Source of the DNA: Candidatus Aminicenantes bacterium
GTDB taxonomy: Bacteria > Acidobacteriota > Aminicenantia > Aminicenantales > Saccharicenantaceae
Reading direction: 5' to 3'
Assembly: GCA_014360005.1 (NCBI GenBank)
Contig: JACIYI010000016.1
Coordinates: 54 to 64,053, forward strand
DNA length: 64,000 bases
The position numbers and the translations under genes were made by a program. The notes below the pieces were generated by a model. It had not been told where the DNA came from and did not search any database. It saw only the letters and a program-made list of their open reading frames with translations. The first letter of the stretch is position 1. The number at the start of each line of letters is the position of its first letter. Below are positions 39,043 to 49,529 of the stretch, in pieces.

Positions 39043-40134
39043 TTAAAAATCTTTAATTTCCACCAGCTCGTATTTCTGGCTGCCCAGACCTATTTTTTCT
39101 CCGTAGGCCAGCTGTACCGACCAGTCGATGTTATAGCCCTTCTTGAAAGCATCCTGGCCGGCCGTTTTGAGCACCAGGTCAATCGAAGCCCGGTCAACGG
39201 CCACCGGGTCTAGCGAGCCGACAATACCTACGTCGGCCACGATGGCCGGCTGGTTCTTGGCCATGCAGTCACAATCCCTGGTAACCTGGAGGATAAAATT
39301 GAGAAAGCAGATTTTATCCCGGAAATGGTTCTTAACCGCCAGGGCGTATTCGGCCATCTTCTCCTGCAGCCGGCGGGAATCTTCATCCCACTTCATCTTG
39401 ATGGCGCCGTACTTGCAGACCACCAGACACTCCCCGCAACCGATGCACTTTTCATCATCAATCAGCACGTAGCTTTCGGTCTGGATAATGGCCCCAGCCG
39501 GGCAATACCTGAGACAGAGGCCGCAGTTCCGGCACTGCTTGGTATTTACCCGGGGATGAACCACCGAGTGCTGGTCCAGTTTGCCGGCCCGGGAAGCGCA
39601 ACCCATGCCCAGGTTCTTGATGGCTGCCCCTACTCCGCTCTGGACGTGCCCGGTAACATGGGTCAGGCAGAGCATGGCATCCGAGTCCAGGAAAGCGCTG
39701 GCAATCCTGGAAGTCTGGATTCTTTGCCCCTCAACCTTGACTTCCGTTTTCTCCCGGCCGACCAGGCCGTCGGCAATGATAACCGGTATCCTGACCATGT
39801 CTGGGGTAAAACCGTGCTCCCAGGCCAGGCGGATGTGGTCAACCGAATTGGACCTGTTTCCCACATAAAGAGTGTTGCTGTCAGAAAGAAAAGCCCTCTG
39901 GCTCTTTTTCAGCACCTCGTTAATAATCCCGGTCAGCCAGCGGGGCTTGATATGTCCGGTGTTGTTTTTTTCTCCGAAATGAATCTTCAGAGCCACAAAA
40001 TCTTCGGGCTCGATTTTCTCGTTCAAACCGAGGGCCAGGTAGATAGCTCTGGCTTTACTGGCAATGACCGCAGCCTCTTCCTCCCGGCTGGCCCTGATAA
40101 AATAAACTTTGTTCTTCATCATAAACCTCGCCAC
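39043..40134 (-). CDS. DUF362 domain Fe-S protein with 2x[4Fe-4S] ferredoxin motifs
   Basis: KIHFGE, THVTGH, IKNLGMG, CRNCGLCLRYCP, CIGCGECLVVC, CDC, DPVAVD. Confidence 0.88.
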   Translation of the reverse strand: MARFMMKNKVYFIRASREEEAAVIASKARAIYLALGLNEKIEPEDFVALKIHFGEKNNTGHIKPRWLTGIINEVLKKSQRAFLSDSNTLYVGNRSNSVDHIRLAWEHGFTPDMVRIPVIIADGLVGREKTEVKVEGQRIQTSRIASAFLDSDAMLCLTHVTGHVQSGVGAAIKNLGMGCASRAGKLDQHSVVHPRVNTKQCRNCGLCLRYCPAGAIIQTESYVLIDDEKCIGCGECLVVCKYGAIKMKWDEDSRRLQEKMAEYALAVKNHFRDKICFLNFILQVTRDCDCMAKNQPAIVADVGIVGSLDPVAVDRASIDLVLKTAGQDAFKKGYNIDWSVQLAYGEKIGLGSQKYELVEIKDF

Positions 40135-40207
40135 CTGAAGCCATCACTAAGAAGAATAATCAACCGGATAAACAACCTGGTCGGTTGCCGGCAACCAGCA
40201 TCGTCTT

Positions 40208-41359
40208 CTATCTTACCAGAAGAGAGCGGACCGTTTCTACCCCGTCACCCAGGCTGAAAGCATAGCCCAGGTGCAGCAGTGATTTTTCAATGGCATCGAA
40301 GGCAAAAATTATCTGTTCCCGGGTGAGGTTGCCCATGTGTCCGAAGCGAAATACCTGCCCGGCAGTCGGCCCGAGCCCCCCGGCCACCACCACTCCGTTC
40401 TCATAGAGCTTTGTCCTGAAGCTGAGGTCATCCAGCCCCTCAGGATAACGAATGACGGATAGAGTTGAGGCTAAGCAGGTCTCATCAGTATAGACCGAAA
40501 AGCCGAGCGAAGTCAGTCCGCTACGAATAGCCGTGGCGAAACGTTCGTGTCTCTCAAACCTCTTTTCCAGGCCTTCCTCCAGTGCCATCCTGGTAGCCTG
40601 GTAAAAAGCCCGGATTTCATTCACACAGGGAGTCGAGAAGTAGCGGTTAGGATTTTCCATGACCGGAAGCCAGCGCAGAATATCGGCATAATAAGCCTTG
40701 ACCCGGGTCATCTTTTTCCTCTTATCCATGGCCCGCCCGGAAAAAACGTCGATGGCCAATCCGGGTGGTGCTCCCAGGCATTTCTGGGCCGCAGTCAGAA
40801 TGACATCAATACCCCAGTCGTCCAGCCGCTCTTCAATCCCGCCGGTGGCGCAGACCCCGTCCACTACAAAGAGAGCTTCCGGGGCTATCTGGCGAACGAC
40901 TTCGGCATAGTCCTTAACCGGAGCGCAGGCTCCAGTGGCCGTGTCCACATGGGTGCAGACCACTACCTCATACTTATGTTTCCTAAGCTCGGCTTTAAGC
41001 TCTTCCGGCCTGACCGCCTTCCCCCACTGGCTCGACAGCAGGCCATGCTTGATGTCAAAGGCCTGGCAGATCTCAGCCATGCGGCTGCCAAAATAGCCCT
41101 GTGATACAACCAGGACCTTATCCGTTTCAGCCGTGATATTAAGCAGGGCAATTTCCATGGCCAGAGTGCCGGCGCCAGCGATGATAAAGGGCTGGCCGCC
41201 AGCGGTAAACACAATCTTTTTCATGTTTTCCAGGGCCCCGCTCAACTCTTTCTCCATCTGCGGGCTGATATGAGAAACCGTCGGCTGGGCCAGGGCCTCC
41301 AGGACCCGGTCGACCACCGGGCTGGGTCCAGGAATGAGAAGAAGCTTGCTATCTTTCAT
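40208..41359 (-). CDS. Class V PLP aminotransferase (alanine-glyoxylate/serine-pyruvate family)
   Basis: LLIPGPSP, HVDTATG, VDGV, TAAQKCLGAPPG, FRFGHMG. Confidence 0.9.
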   Translation of the reverse strand: MKDSKLLLIPGPSPVVDRVLEALAQPTVSHISPQMEKELSGALENMKKIVFTAGGQPFIIAGAGTLAMEIALLNITAETDKVLVVSQGYFGSRMAEICQAFDIKHGLLSSQWGKAVRPEELKAELRKHKYEVVVCTHVDTATGACAPVKDYAEVVRQIAPEALFVVDGVCATGGIEERLDDWGIDVILTAAQKCLGAPPGLAIDVFSGRAMDKRKKMTRVKAYYADILRWLPVMENPNRYFSTPCVNEIRAFYQATRMALEEGLEKRFERHERFATAIRSGLTSLGFSVYTDETCLASTLSVIRYPEGLDDLSFRTKLYENGVVVAGGLGPTAGQVFRFGHMGNLTREQIIFAFDAIEKSLLHLGYAFSLGDGVETVRSLLVR

Positions 41360-41732
41360 CGTCCTTGTCCTCTTATCCTTTCTTACCCTTAATATTACTT
41401 ATTTTTCTACAGCCATATCTCAAAATCAATCAAAAGTTTGTCTCACTTTCAGTCTTAAAATTTTTCTTGCCGCTATTATGCCTGAAAAATATGATCATTC
41501 TCAAGCCAAACTGACCAGGCCAAGTGCTAACCCGAAGAATCGGTCCGATTTTCCAGGTCTGTTTTTTACCCTTCTTCAAGAGGTAACCTACCGGCAGGCA
41601 GGAGCCAAAGCCTGGTTTCCGCTCCAGAATTTAACGATTCCGGCAGGCTGTTCAGTCAAAATCACATTTTGACTTTCCCCGCCCGGGACTCCTTATGTTA
41701 TTATAGGTTGATATTAAGAGCTGGAGGAAAAA

Positions 41733-43427
41733 ATGAACCGGACAAAAATGACCAGACCCTTAACCCTTCTAAGCCTGATGCTCTTCCTCCTGGCCGGTCT
41801 GATGCTTTCCGGCTGCCAGGAAAAGACAGGACAAAAGGCAGAACTGGTTTTAATTGGCAAGATATTTACCGGTAACGATTCGCAGCCGCTGGTTGAAGCC
41901 CTGGCTGCTGGCGGCGGTAAGATCCTGGCCAGCGGGAGTAAAAAGCAAATCAAGAAATACCTCGGGCCTGAAACCAGGGTGATTGAACTCAAAGAGGGAG
42001 TGGCCATACCGGGGTTGATAGATGCGCACACCCATTTCTCTTCGGGTGGCCGGTCTCTGATCGAACTGAGTTTTCGCGGCGTGGATTCAGTAGAAAAAAT
42101 TCAGCAGATGATTGCCGAAAAAATCAAGGAACTGCCCCCGGGGTCTCCGGTCTTCGGCCGGGAATACGACCACACCCTCTTCCCCGGCCAGAAATGGCCA
42201 ACCCGGGAAGACCTGGATAAAGTCTCACCCCAGAATCCCGTGGTCATTCGCCGGGTGGACGGCCATTCGGCCTGGCTCAACAGCCTGGCCTTGAAACTTT
42301 CGGGCATTGATGAAAAAACCAGGGACCCCTTCGGCGGGGAAATTGTCCGCGACCCCCAAACCGGAGAACCAACCGGAATCTTAAAGGAATCGGCCATGGC
42401 CCTGATCAAAGTCAGGCCCACAATTCAATCCACGCCGGAAGAAGATATCCTGAGAGCCCTGGACCACGCCCGGAAGCTGGGCTTGACCGGGGTCCAGGCC
42501 GATGTCGGCCTGGGTGAGCTGGAGATTTATAAAAAGCTCAAGGCTGAGGGCAGATTGACACTTCGGGTCTACGCCTGGCTACCGATTGAAGGAATTGACC
42601 GGTATCTGCAGATGGGTCTTCGCCAGGGACAGGGAGATGACTACCTGAAAATCGGTTTTCTTAAAGCTTTCATTGACGGGACGCTCGGCTCCGGCACAGC
42701 ACTGATGTTTGAGCCCTTTGCCGATGCTCCTGATAAAAGCGGCCTGCCGCAGTATCCAGAAGAAGATTTTTATCAATTGCTGGAAAAGGCTTATGCCAAC
42801 GGCTTCCAGGTCGGGACCCACGCCATCGGCGATAAGGGCGTCAACTGGGTCTTAAACGCGGTGGAAAGGGCTCAGAAAAAATACGGTCAGAAGGACCTGC
42901 GCTTCAGGATTGAGCATGCCCAGATAATCAGACCGGAAGATTTTCCCCGGTTCAAGCAACTGGGGGTGATAGCTTCCATGCAGCCCACGCACTGCACGAC
43001 CGACATGCGTTTCTGCGAAATAAGAGTCGGAAAAGAACGTTCCCGGTACGCTTACGCCTGGCGCACCCTGCTCGACAACGGGGCGGTCCTGGCTTTTGGC
43101 TCGGACTGGCCGGTCGAACCGCTCGACCCGCGTCGCGGCCTCTACTCGGCCCTCACCAGGAAAAACATCGAATTTGACTACCCGGAAGGCGGCTGGTTCC
43201 CCGAGCAGAAACTGAGCCTGGCCGAAGCCATCAAGTATTTTACCTGGGGCGCGGCTTATGCTTCGTTTGAAGAAAACTTAAAAGGCACCCTGGAGCCGGG
43301 CAAGCTGGCCGATATTACCGTTTTTGGCAGAGATATTTTTTCTGTGGAACCCAGGGAAATCCTGACGGCGCCGGTTATCTATACCATAGTGGGCGGGAAA
43401 GTCGTCTACGAACGGCAGGCGGAATAA
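41733..43427 (+). CDS. Amidohydrolase family 3 (YtcJ-like) lipoprotein
   Basis: Lipobox LSG-C; PGLIDAHTH, DGHSAWLNS, HAIGD, RIEHAQ, GSDWPV, GKLAD. Confidence 0.92.
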   Translation: MNRTKMTRPLTLLSLMLFLLAGLMLSGCQEKTGQKAELVLIGKIFTGNDSQPLVEALAAGGGKILASGSKKQIKKYLGPETRVIELKEGVAIPGLIDAHTHFSSGGRSLIELSFRGVDSVEKIQQMIAEKIKELPPGSPVFGREYDHTLFPGQKWPTREDLDKVSPQNPVVIRRVDGHSAWLNSLALKLSGIDEKTRDPFGGEIVRDPQTGEPTGILKESAMALIKVRPTIQSTPEEDILRALDHARKLGLTGVQADVGLGELEIYKKLKAEGRLTLRVYAWLPIEGIDRYLQMGLRQGQGDDYLKIGFLKAFIDGTLGSGTALMFEPFADAPDKSGLPQYPEEDFYQLLEKAYANGFQVGTHAIGDKGVNWVLNAVERAQKKYGQKDLRFRIEHAQIIRPEDFPRFKQLGVIASMQPTHCTTDMRFCEIRVGKERSRYAYAWRTLLDNGAVLAFGSDWPVEPLDPRRGLYSALTRKNIEFDYPEGGWFPEQKLSLAEAIKYFTWGAAYASFEENLKGTLEPGKLADITVFGRDIFSVEPREILTAPVIYTIVGGKVVYERQAE

Positions 43428-43523
43428 AAAAGAGACCGGCTTTCAGCCTCAGCTGTTTTATTTAATCTATTTTATTTTTATTCTATTCGATTAGCCTGAT
43501 TCGGTTAGTCTGAAGCCTTTCTT

Positions 43524-44108
43524 TTATGGAATCCTCTCTGCCAGTTTTGCTTTTATATCATCAAAAGTTTCAACCAGCTCTGCCCCTTCCAGACCAACCG
43601 GAGTCATCGGACTCTTAAGAATAAAAACCAGCCTGACGCCGGCTTCCTTAGCCGCCAGGAGGTCATAGTTAGTATCGCCCACCACCGCCGTTTCCCCGGC
43701 CCCGGCTCCGAAGTGTTCCATTACCCTGAGAAAGGGAGTCCCGGCCGGTTTATGCAGTCCACTTTCCCGGGTCAGCACCAGGTCAAAGCCCAGCCTGAAC
43801 TTTTGCAGGAGATGGTCGGTATTCTCCCGGCTGTTGTTGGTCACCAGAGCTCTTTTCACCCCGGCCGCGGCCAGCCACTCCAGAAATTCCCTCACTCCCC
43901 GCTTCAGAACCGAACTTTCAGTCTGCTCCCTTTCCAACCTCCGGAGCAGGGCATACTTTTCTGATCTTTCCGGTTCAGGCAGGCTATCAAGGTAAGCCAG
44001 GATGGAACCGCCCTGAACACCCAGCTGCTGCTTTATGGCCGGCCAGTCATAGCTGTTCTCGACCACCGTGCCGTCCAGGTCAAAAATCACCAGCTTCAGA
44101 CTCATCAT
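43524..44108 (-). CDS. HAD-family hydrolase
   Basis: IFDLDGTV, VTNN, KP, VGDT..D. Confidence 0.9.
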   Translation of the reverse strand: MMSLKLVIFDLDGTVVENSYDWPAIKQQLGVQGGSILAYLDSLPEPERSEKYALLRRLEREQTESSVLKRGVREFLEWLAAAGVKRALVTNNSRENTDHLLQKFRLGFDLVLTRESGLHKPAGTPFLRVMEHFGAGAGETAVVGDTNYDLLAAKEAGVRLVFILKSPMTPVGLEGAELVETFDDIKAKLAERIP

Positions 44109-44279
44109 CAAACTAATATTACCTGTCGCCCCCGAGAAATTCAATTCCAGCCTGATTACGACTCCCGTCCACTCCCCCGCTTAATAAAAATTAGATAAAA
44201 TTTGGAATTAAGATTTGACTATTCTTAAAAAATTTTGTAGATAATTATTTACGATGTGAATTACGAAGGGAGGTACAGA

Positions 44280-44531
44280 ATGGGCAAGTACTTAGCCATC
44301 TTTCTGGGTATCGTGGCCATGATTGCCGGTCTCTATATGGTGATATTCGTCTGGTGGAGAGAATTTTACGAGCTGGTCTTTGGTTTTATTCCCCCGATTC
44401 TGTTCTTCGGCGGATTGATCGCCATCATTGCCGGTATCTCCAGTATTAAAGATTCCATCCGGCAGAAAAAACTGGAAGCCGAGGCGGCCGCTCTGCAAGA
44501 AGAACAGAAAACCGAAGAGAAAAAGGACTGA
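44280..44531 (+). CDS. Small two-TM membrane protein, unknown function
   Basis: GGGAGG SD before ATG 44280; two hydrophobic helices and charged tail. Confidence 0.75.
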   Translation: MGKYLAIFLGIVAMIAGLYMVIFVWWREFYELVFGFIPPILFFGGLIAIIAGISSIKDSIRQKKLEAEAAALQEEQKTEEKKD

Positions 44532-44610
44532 TTGCCCCCCCGTCAGATCCAGGGAAATCGGTCTCTCATATCTCTGGAATTATCCATAGATATTTATTAG
44601 AATTGACGAT

Positions 44611-45048
44611 GTGAATGGTGCTTTAGGTTTATTTTTATCCTTTCTGCTGGCCCTGATTAACCAGTTTAATTCTTCCCTGGAAAGCGCTTTCCTGCAGAAC
44701 GACCCGGCTCGGCTGGTCGGGCTGCTGCCCCAGGGCTCCCCTGTTCTTCTGACGCTGCCTGAACCATTCCAGGTATCCGACTGTTTCTCCAGGGAACAGG
44801 CTTTCCAGATACTAAAACGACTCTTTCAGCACGGCTCCACTCTGGAGTTTTTTGTTGACCAGGAAAACCAACCAGTCCTTGACCGAAAAGGGGCTATCAT
44901 CCAGGCCCGCTGGTCGGTCAGCGATAAGCGGGATGGCCGCAAGCACCTTTTCCGGGTTTATTTTTACATCTTCCCGGAAAAGCCGTCCGGCTTGAAGACT
45001 GGCCAGGCACTTCTTAAAATCAGGGAAATTAGAGCTGAAAAACGTTAA
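44611..45048 (+). CDS. Hypothetical exported protein, possibly DUF4783/NTF2-like
   Basis: LESAFLQND..L..LL...FSREQAFQILKRLF pattern; abuts kinase start codon. Confidence 0.6.
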   Translation: MNGALGLFLSFLLALINQFNSSLESAFLQNDPARLVGLLPQGSPVLLTLPEPFQVSDCFSREQAFQILKRLFQHGSTLEFFVDQENQPVLDRKGAIIQARWSVSDKRDGRKHLFRVYFYIFPEKPSGLKTGQALLKIREIRAEKR

Positions 45049-48000
45049 ATGAAAAAATTGAGACAGTCGACCTGCTGGTGGGGCAGGGCAAGCCACAAAA
45101 CCCCGCTGATAGCAGCCTGCCTATTCCTGCTGGCTCTGCTGCTTCTCGGAGCTTCCAGTCTTCTTTACCAGTCCCGCTCCATTCAAGCGGAACAAGACAT
45201 CGTGGCCAGGCTCAAAAAAAATGCGGCTGGCATCAAGGAGGAATTTTCCCGGCTGGTCACCCTCCTGGAAAAAAGGCAAAGCTATTTTGAACAGCCTCTT
45301 CCCGCTTACCAGCCTGAGGAAGTTTTCAATTATTTCCGTAAAGCCGGACTGAAAACAGAGGTGGAAGGTGTGGCCTGGCTGGAACAGGACCTCACCCCGT
45401 ACCTGTGGCTGGGCAACATTGCTAATTTGAAAAACCAACTGCCCGGCTGGCCCCAGGGCTCTGAACAATTGCAGCCTGGCAGCTTCATCGTCGAAGACCG
45501 GGCTTCTTATTACCTGGTCAAGCTGGTAAACTGGCCGGGTCATGGCTACCTGGCCCTGTTTGAACTTCTGGCTTTCCAGCCCCAATTTCAATCGGCCTAC
45601 GTCAGGGAATTCAACAGGTTGAAATCAATTGACCGGAGCGAGGCCGACATCAACTTCTGGCCCCATGATCAGGATACCGAAGCCCTGGGCCGTTTTTTCG
45701 CCCGCACCCAGGATGAATACTTGAGCCAGCAGGCTGAAGAAACCGAAATCCGGACTCTATATTTTCCTCTACGCAACGAACAGGGCCAGATTCTGGCCAC
45801 CGTTACCCTTAATTCCCTCCAGCTCCAGAGGCAGCGAATAATCCTGCCCGGGCTGCTCAGGATTCTGGCCATTATCCTGGCCATCCTGTCTTTTAGCTTG
45901 ATAATTACCTGGCTTTACCGTTTCCGGTCTCAGCATTCTTTGCCCCCGGTGATAACCTGGTTACTGATCCTGTCGGGGCTGATAATCATCCGAATCCATC
46001 TTGGCCTGCTGGCCAGAAATTACCCGGCCTACAGCTGGTCAATTTTCAACGCCCAGACTCTGGGCCTGCGGAGCCCTCTCGGATTGACCGCTTCGCCGGG
46101 CGAAATCTTTATCAGCTGCCTCCTGTTTTTTATCCTGGTTTACCTCAGTCTCAAGATTTTGGCTCCTGAAGCCCTATGGAAAGAGCCGGCGGCAGGCACT
46201 GTTCCGCCTTTCACCAAAAGACGAAAGGCCGCCATAATCCTGCTGGCCTCGGGCTCGGCCCTGGCCATAATGATACTGGCCTGGTTTATAAGGCTGCTGG
46301 TAGCCAACTGCAACCTTAACCTTTTGAGCTTTCCGCTCACTCCAACCTCCCTTTTGGTCTACCTGAGTCTGTTCCTGACGCTGGTCAGTTTACTTCTCCC
46401 GTTAATTTTATTCTCCAGACAAGTCCTCAAAGGAATTCAGAACAACCTGGGCTGGCTGGGGGCCTTTCTTTTGACCGGCCTGGTATTTTATTCCGGACTC
46501 TGGTTTCTGGCTGATTTCACCTGGCTTAACCTTATTATCCAGGCCGGTTTCTGGCTGTTGCTGGCTGCATCCTCGGTTCTACCCTGGAGAAACTGGGCTC
46601 AGCTGGGACTCTGCCTGCTATTAATTTCCGCTTTCACCTATACCCAGCTGAAGGAATTTACCGAGCAACGGGCCAGAACCCTGACCGAAAAGGTCCTGGT
46701 CCACCTCGTTTCTTCCCAGAAAACCTGGGCCCGGACAGCCCTTAACCAATCTTTGGCCGAGCTCCAGAAGAGGTCAAGGGAACTATTACAATATTTCAGA
46801 AACCCTTCCAGCCCGGACCTGGCCCGGTCTCTCTGGAACAAGACCCTCCTGGCCAGGTTCAACTGGAATTCCTGCCTTTATCTCCAATCAACCGACTTCA
46901 AACTACTATCTTCATTCGGCTTAAATATGCCCGTTTTTGCCGAGCAAACCAACGACCTTCCCCTCTCCCTCAGGCCTGCCTTTGATGAGCAATATCTTGA
47001 TATCCTCGGCCAGGAAAAGCATTTCCTGGTCGGTTACCAGGATTTCAGGGATGAGCAGGGACAGGGCGGCCGCCTGGCCATCTGGGTCAGCCTGGACCCG
47101 GAACTCCTGCCCTTCTATTATTCCGCCAATCCTTATTTTGAACTGCTGCGGCTTAACACCCTGCCCTCCCTGCAACACTTCCCGGTCAACCTGGCCATCT
47201 TCGACCGCCGGGGGGAGCCCGTATTCCAGCAGAACAAGCCAGGCCTGGCCCTGCCGGCAGAAATCAAGCAAAGCTGGCCTCCGAGCCCGACCGGCTGCTG
47301 GCTCAAATTCCGGGATGGCCGCAGCCACTACCGTGGCTTTTTCCTGGCCCTCGACGACAATAATATCTGCGTTTTTTACCAGCTGGTGAAACCCTTCCGC
47401 CGGCAGTTTACCGAATTTCTCAAACTCTTCTTTCTGTTAGCCGTTTTCCTGGTGGCCGGCCTGCTGCCTTCCCTGGCGAAGCGCAAAGAATGGTGGCTGT
47501 CCGGGCGGTCTTTCTCTTTCCGCGTCTATCTGTCGTTCCTGGCCGCTGGCCTGGTGCCGATTTTCTTCTTCATCTTTTTCAGTCAGACGGTGGTGGCCAG
47601 AATTTTCGCCGACCGCTTTGTGCAGGAAGCCACCAGCCGGGCTTATTTTGCCCGCAGTATTCTGCATGATTTCATCAGCCTGCAGGAACAGACCGAATCC
47701 CCGGCGCCTGGTTTGCCAGAGGACCTGGTTTTCTGGATCAGCAGTACCCTCAATAACGATGTCAACCTGTTTAAGAACGGGCGGCTGCTGTCATCCAGCC
47801 GGCGGGAGTTTTTCGAGACCGGGCTGTTTCCGGAAATGATGGACGGCGAAACTTATTTCAGGCTGGCCTGGCAGAAACAGCCACTGGTGGTCAAACGCCG
47901 GGCTTTTGGCCGCTATTCTTACCAGACCCTGACCATCCCCTACCGCTACCACCAGGATAATTATTTTCTGAACCTGCCGTTTCCCTTCGAAAGACAGGAA

Positions 48001-48945
48001 ATCTCCCGGGCCCGGGCCGAGCTGTTTGAATTTTTCCTGTTTACCTCCGTCTTTTTTATCCTGCTGATTGCCTTCCTGGTAGCGACCATCAAAAAAATGG
48101 TGGTGCTGCCGATTAATCAGCTCATCCGGGCCACCCAGGAAGTCAGCCTGGGCAACCTGGACGTCCGGGTCGAGCACCAGGCCCAGGACGAGCTCAAGAG
48201 TTTGGTCGAGGGTTTCAACACCATGGTCGAAAACCTGAAGGCCCATGAAAAAGAACTGGCGGAATTGAGCCAGCGGGTAGCCTGGACCGAAATGGCCAGG
48301 AAAGTCGCCCACGAGATTAAAAACCCGCTGACGCCCATTCAGCTTTCGGCCGAGCACATCCTCAAGGTCCAGGCCGATAAGCATCCCGACTTTGACCGGG
48401 TGCTCGAGGAATCCATCTCCTATATCATTTCTGAAGTCGAGAACCTGAGGCGGATTGCCGGGGAGTTCATGACCATTGCCAGGGAAAGCGGAACAATTAA
48501 AACCAGGTTTGACCTGAAAGAACTGGTTCAGGAATTGCTCCGGCCCTTCCAGCAGGCCCTGGCCGACCGGATCAGCTTCAGCCTGCACCAGTCGGGCCAG
48601 GATTTTGAGCTACTGGGAGACCGGGGCAAGATGAAGGTGGCCCTCCGCAATATCCTGATCAATGCCATTGAGGCCATCAAGGGCAAAGGCCGGATCGAAA
48701 TCAACCTGAAGGAAGCGGGCCAGGAGCTGGTTGTGGAAATTAAAGACAATGGCTGCGGTATCCCGCCGGAAATGGTCGACCGGATTTTTGAACCCTATTT
48801 TTCCACCAAGGAAAAGGGCACCGGCCTCGGACTGGCCATCTGCAAGAGAATCGTTGAAGAACACGAGGGCTCCATCCATCTGGAAAGCCAGCCGGGTAAA
48901 GGAACCAAGGTAATCATAACCCTGCCCCGCAGGAAACCGGAATAA
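45049..48945 (+). CDS. Large multi-pass sensor histidine kinase (HAMP-HisKA-HATPase, NtrY-like core)
   Basis: AWTEMARKVAHEIKNPLTPIQL, NILINAIEA, DNGCGI, FEPYFSTK, GTGLGL; many TM segments. Confidence 0.93.
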   Translation: MKKLRQSTCWWGRASHKTPLIAACLFLLALLLLGASSLLYQSRSIQAEQDIVARLKKNAAGIKEEFSRLVTLLEKRQSYFEQPLPAYQPEEVFNYFRKAGLKTEVEGVAWLEQDLTPYLWLGNIANLKNQLPGWPQGSEQLQPGSFIVEDRASYYLVKLVNWPGHGYLALFELLAFQPQFQSAYVREFNRLKSIDRSEADINFWPHDQDTEALGRFFARTQDEYLSQQAEETEIRTLYFPLRNEQGQILATVTLNSLQLQRQRIILPGLLRILAIILAILSFSLIITWLYRFRSQHSLPPVITWLLILSGLIIIRIHLGLLARNYPAYSWSIFNAQTLGLRSPLGLTASPGEIFISCLLFFILVYLSLKILAPEALWKEPAAGTVPPFTKRRKAAIILLASGSALAIMILAWFIRLLVANCNLNLLSFPLTPTSLLVYLSLFLTLVSLLLPLILFSRQVLKGIQNNLGWLGAFLLTGLVFYSGLWFLADFTWLNLIIQAGFWLLLAASSVLPWRNWAQLGLCLLLISAFTYTQLKEFTEQRARTLTEKVLVHLVSSQKTWARTALNQSLAELQKRSRELLQYFRNPSSPDLARSLWNKTLLARFNWNSCLYLQSTDFKLLSSFGLNMPVFAEQTNDLPLSLRPAFDEQYLDILGQEKHFLVGYQDFRDEQGQGGRLAIWVSLDPELLPFYYSANPYFELLRLNTLPSLQHFPVNLAIFDRRGEPVFQQNKPGLALPAEIKQSWPPSPTGCWLKFRDGRSHYRGFFLALDDNNICVFYQLVKPFRRQFTEFLKLFFLLAVFLVAGLLPSLAKRKEWWLSGRSFSFRVYLSFLAAGLVPIFFFIFFSQTVVARIFADRFVQEATSRAYFARSILHDFISLQEQTESPAPGLPEDLVFWISSTLNNDVNLFKNGRLLSSSRREFFETGLFPEMMDGETYFRLAWQKQPLVVKRRAFGRYSYQTLTIPYRYHQDNYFLNLPFPFERQEISRARAELFEFFLFTSVFFILLIAFLVATIKKMVVLPINQLIRATQEVSLGNLDVRVEHQAQDELKSLVEGFNTMVENLKAHEKELAELSQRVAWTEMARKVAHEIKNPLTPIQLSAEHILKVQADKHPDFDRVLEESISYIISEVENLRRIAGEFMTIARESGTIKTRFDLKELVQELLRPFQQALADRISFSLHQSGQDFELLGDRGKMKVALRNILINAIEAIKGKGRIEINLKEAGQELVVEIKDNGCGIPPEMVDRIFEPYFSTKEKGTGLGLAICKRIVEEHEGSIHLESQPGKGTKVIITLPRRKPE

Positions 48946-49017
48946 AGCGCCGGGTTTGGCTAATGCTCCTATTTATGGCAAAATAGCTTCTACCGGCTAT
49001 GAAAATGAGAGGTTAAG

Positions 49018-49512
49018 ATGAGAAGCCTGGTCACCTATTACAGCCTGACCGGAAATACCAGAACTGTGGCAGAGGCCATTTTTGAGGCGCTGCCCGAAAC
49101 GAAGGAACTGAAACCACTGGCCGAAGTTCACGACCTTTCAGGTTACAACCTGGTTTTTATCGGTTTCCCGGTGCACAGTCACAGTGTGCCGACCAGAGTG
49201 GAAACTTTCCTGAAGCAGCTGCCAGCCGGCTTGAAGATTGCCATCTTTATGACCCACGGCTCGATATCTGGCACCAGGCTATCCCGGGAGGCTATGGAAC
49301 AGGCCCAGATATTGGCCTCCAGCACCAAAATACTTGGGACCTTTAGTTGCCGCGGCAAGGTGTCGGAACAGGCCATGGAAGTTCTCAGCCGGTCGCCCGA
49401 ACACGAACTGTGGACGGAAATGGCCGTCACCGCCAGAAACCACCCCGACCGACATGACCTGGAAGACGCCCGGGCTTTCGCCCGCTGGATTGTCAGCCTG
49501 GCCAGGCAGTGA
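49018..49512 (+). CDS. Flavodoxin-family protein
   Basis: YYSLTGNT FMN loop, LVFIGFPV, FMTHG, FSCRG, HPD..DL..A..F. Confidence 0.85.
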   Translation: MRSLVTYYSLTGNTRTVAEAIFEALPETKELKPLAEVHDLSGYNLVFIGFPVHSHSVPTRVETFLKQLPAGLKIAIFMTHGSISGTRLSREAMEQAQILASSTKILGTFSCRGKVSEQAMEVLSRSPEHELWTEMAVTARNHPDRHDLEDARAFARWIVSLARQ

Positions 49513-49529
49513 ACAGCTCAGCCTGGCGG

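Noticed and set aside
39325-40257. Long antisense ORFs (also 11627..12358, 20307..21110, 47791..48588, 53254..54117, 56868..57599)
   Set aside because: Opposite-strand shadows of well-supported genes, expected from GC-rich third codon positions
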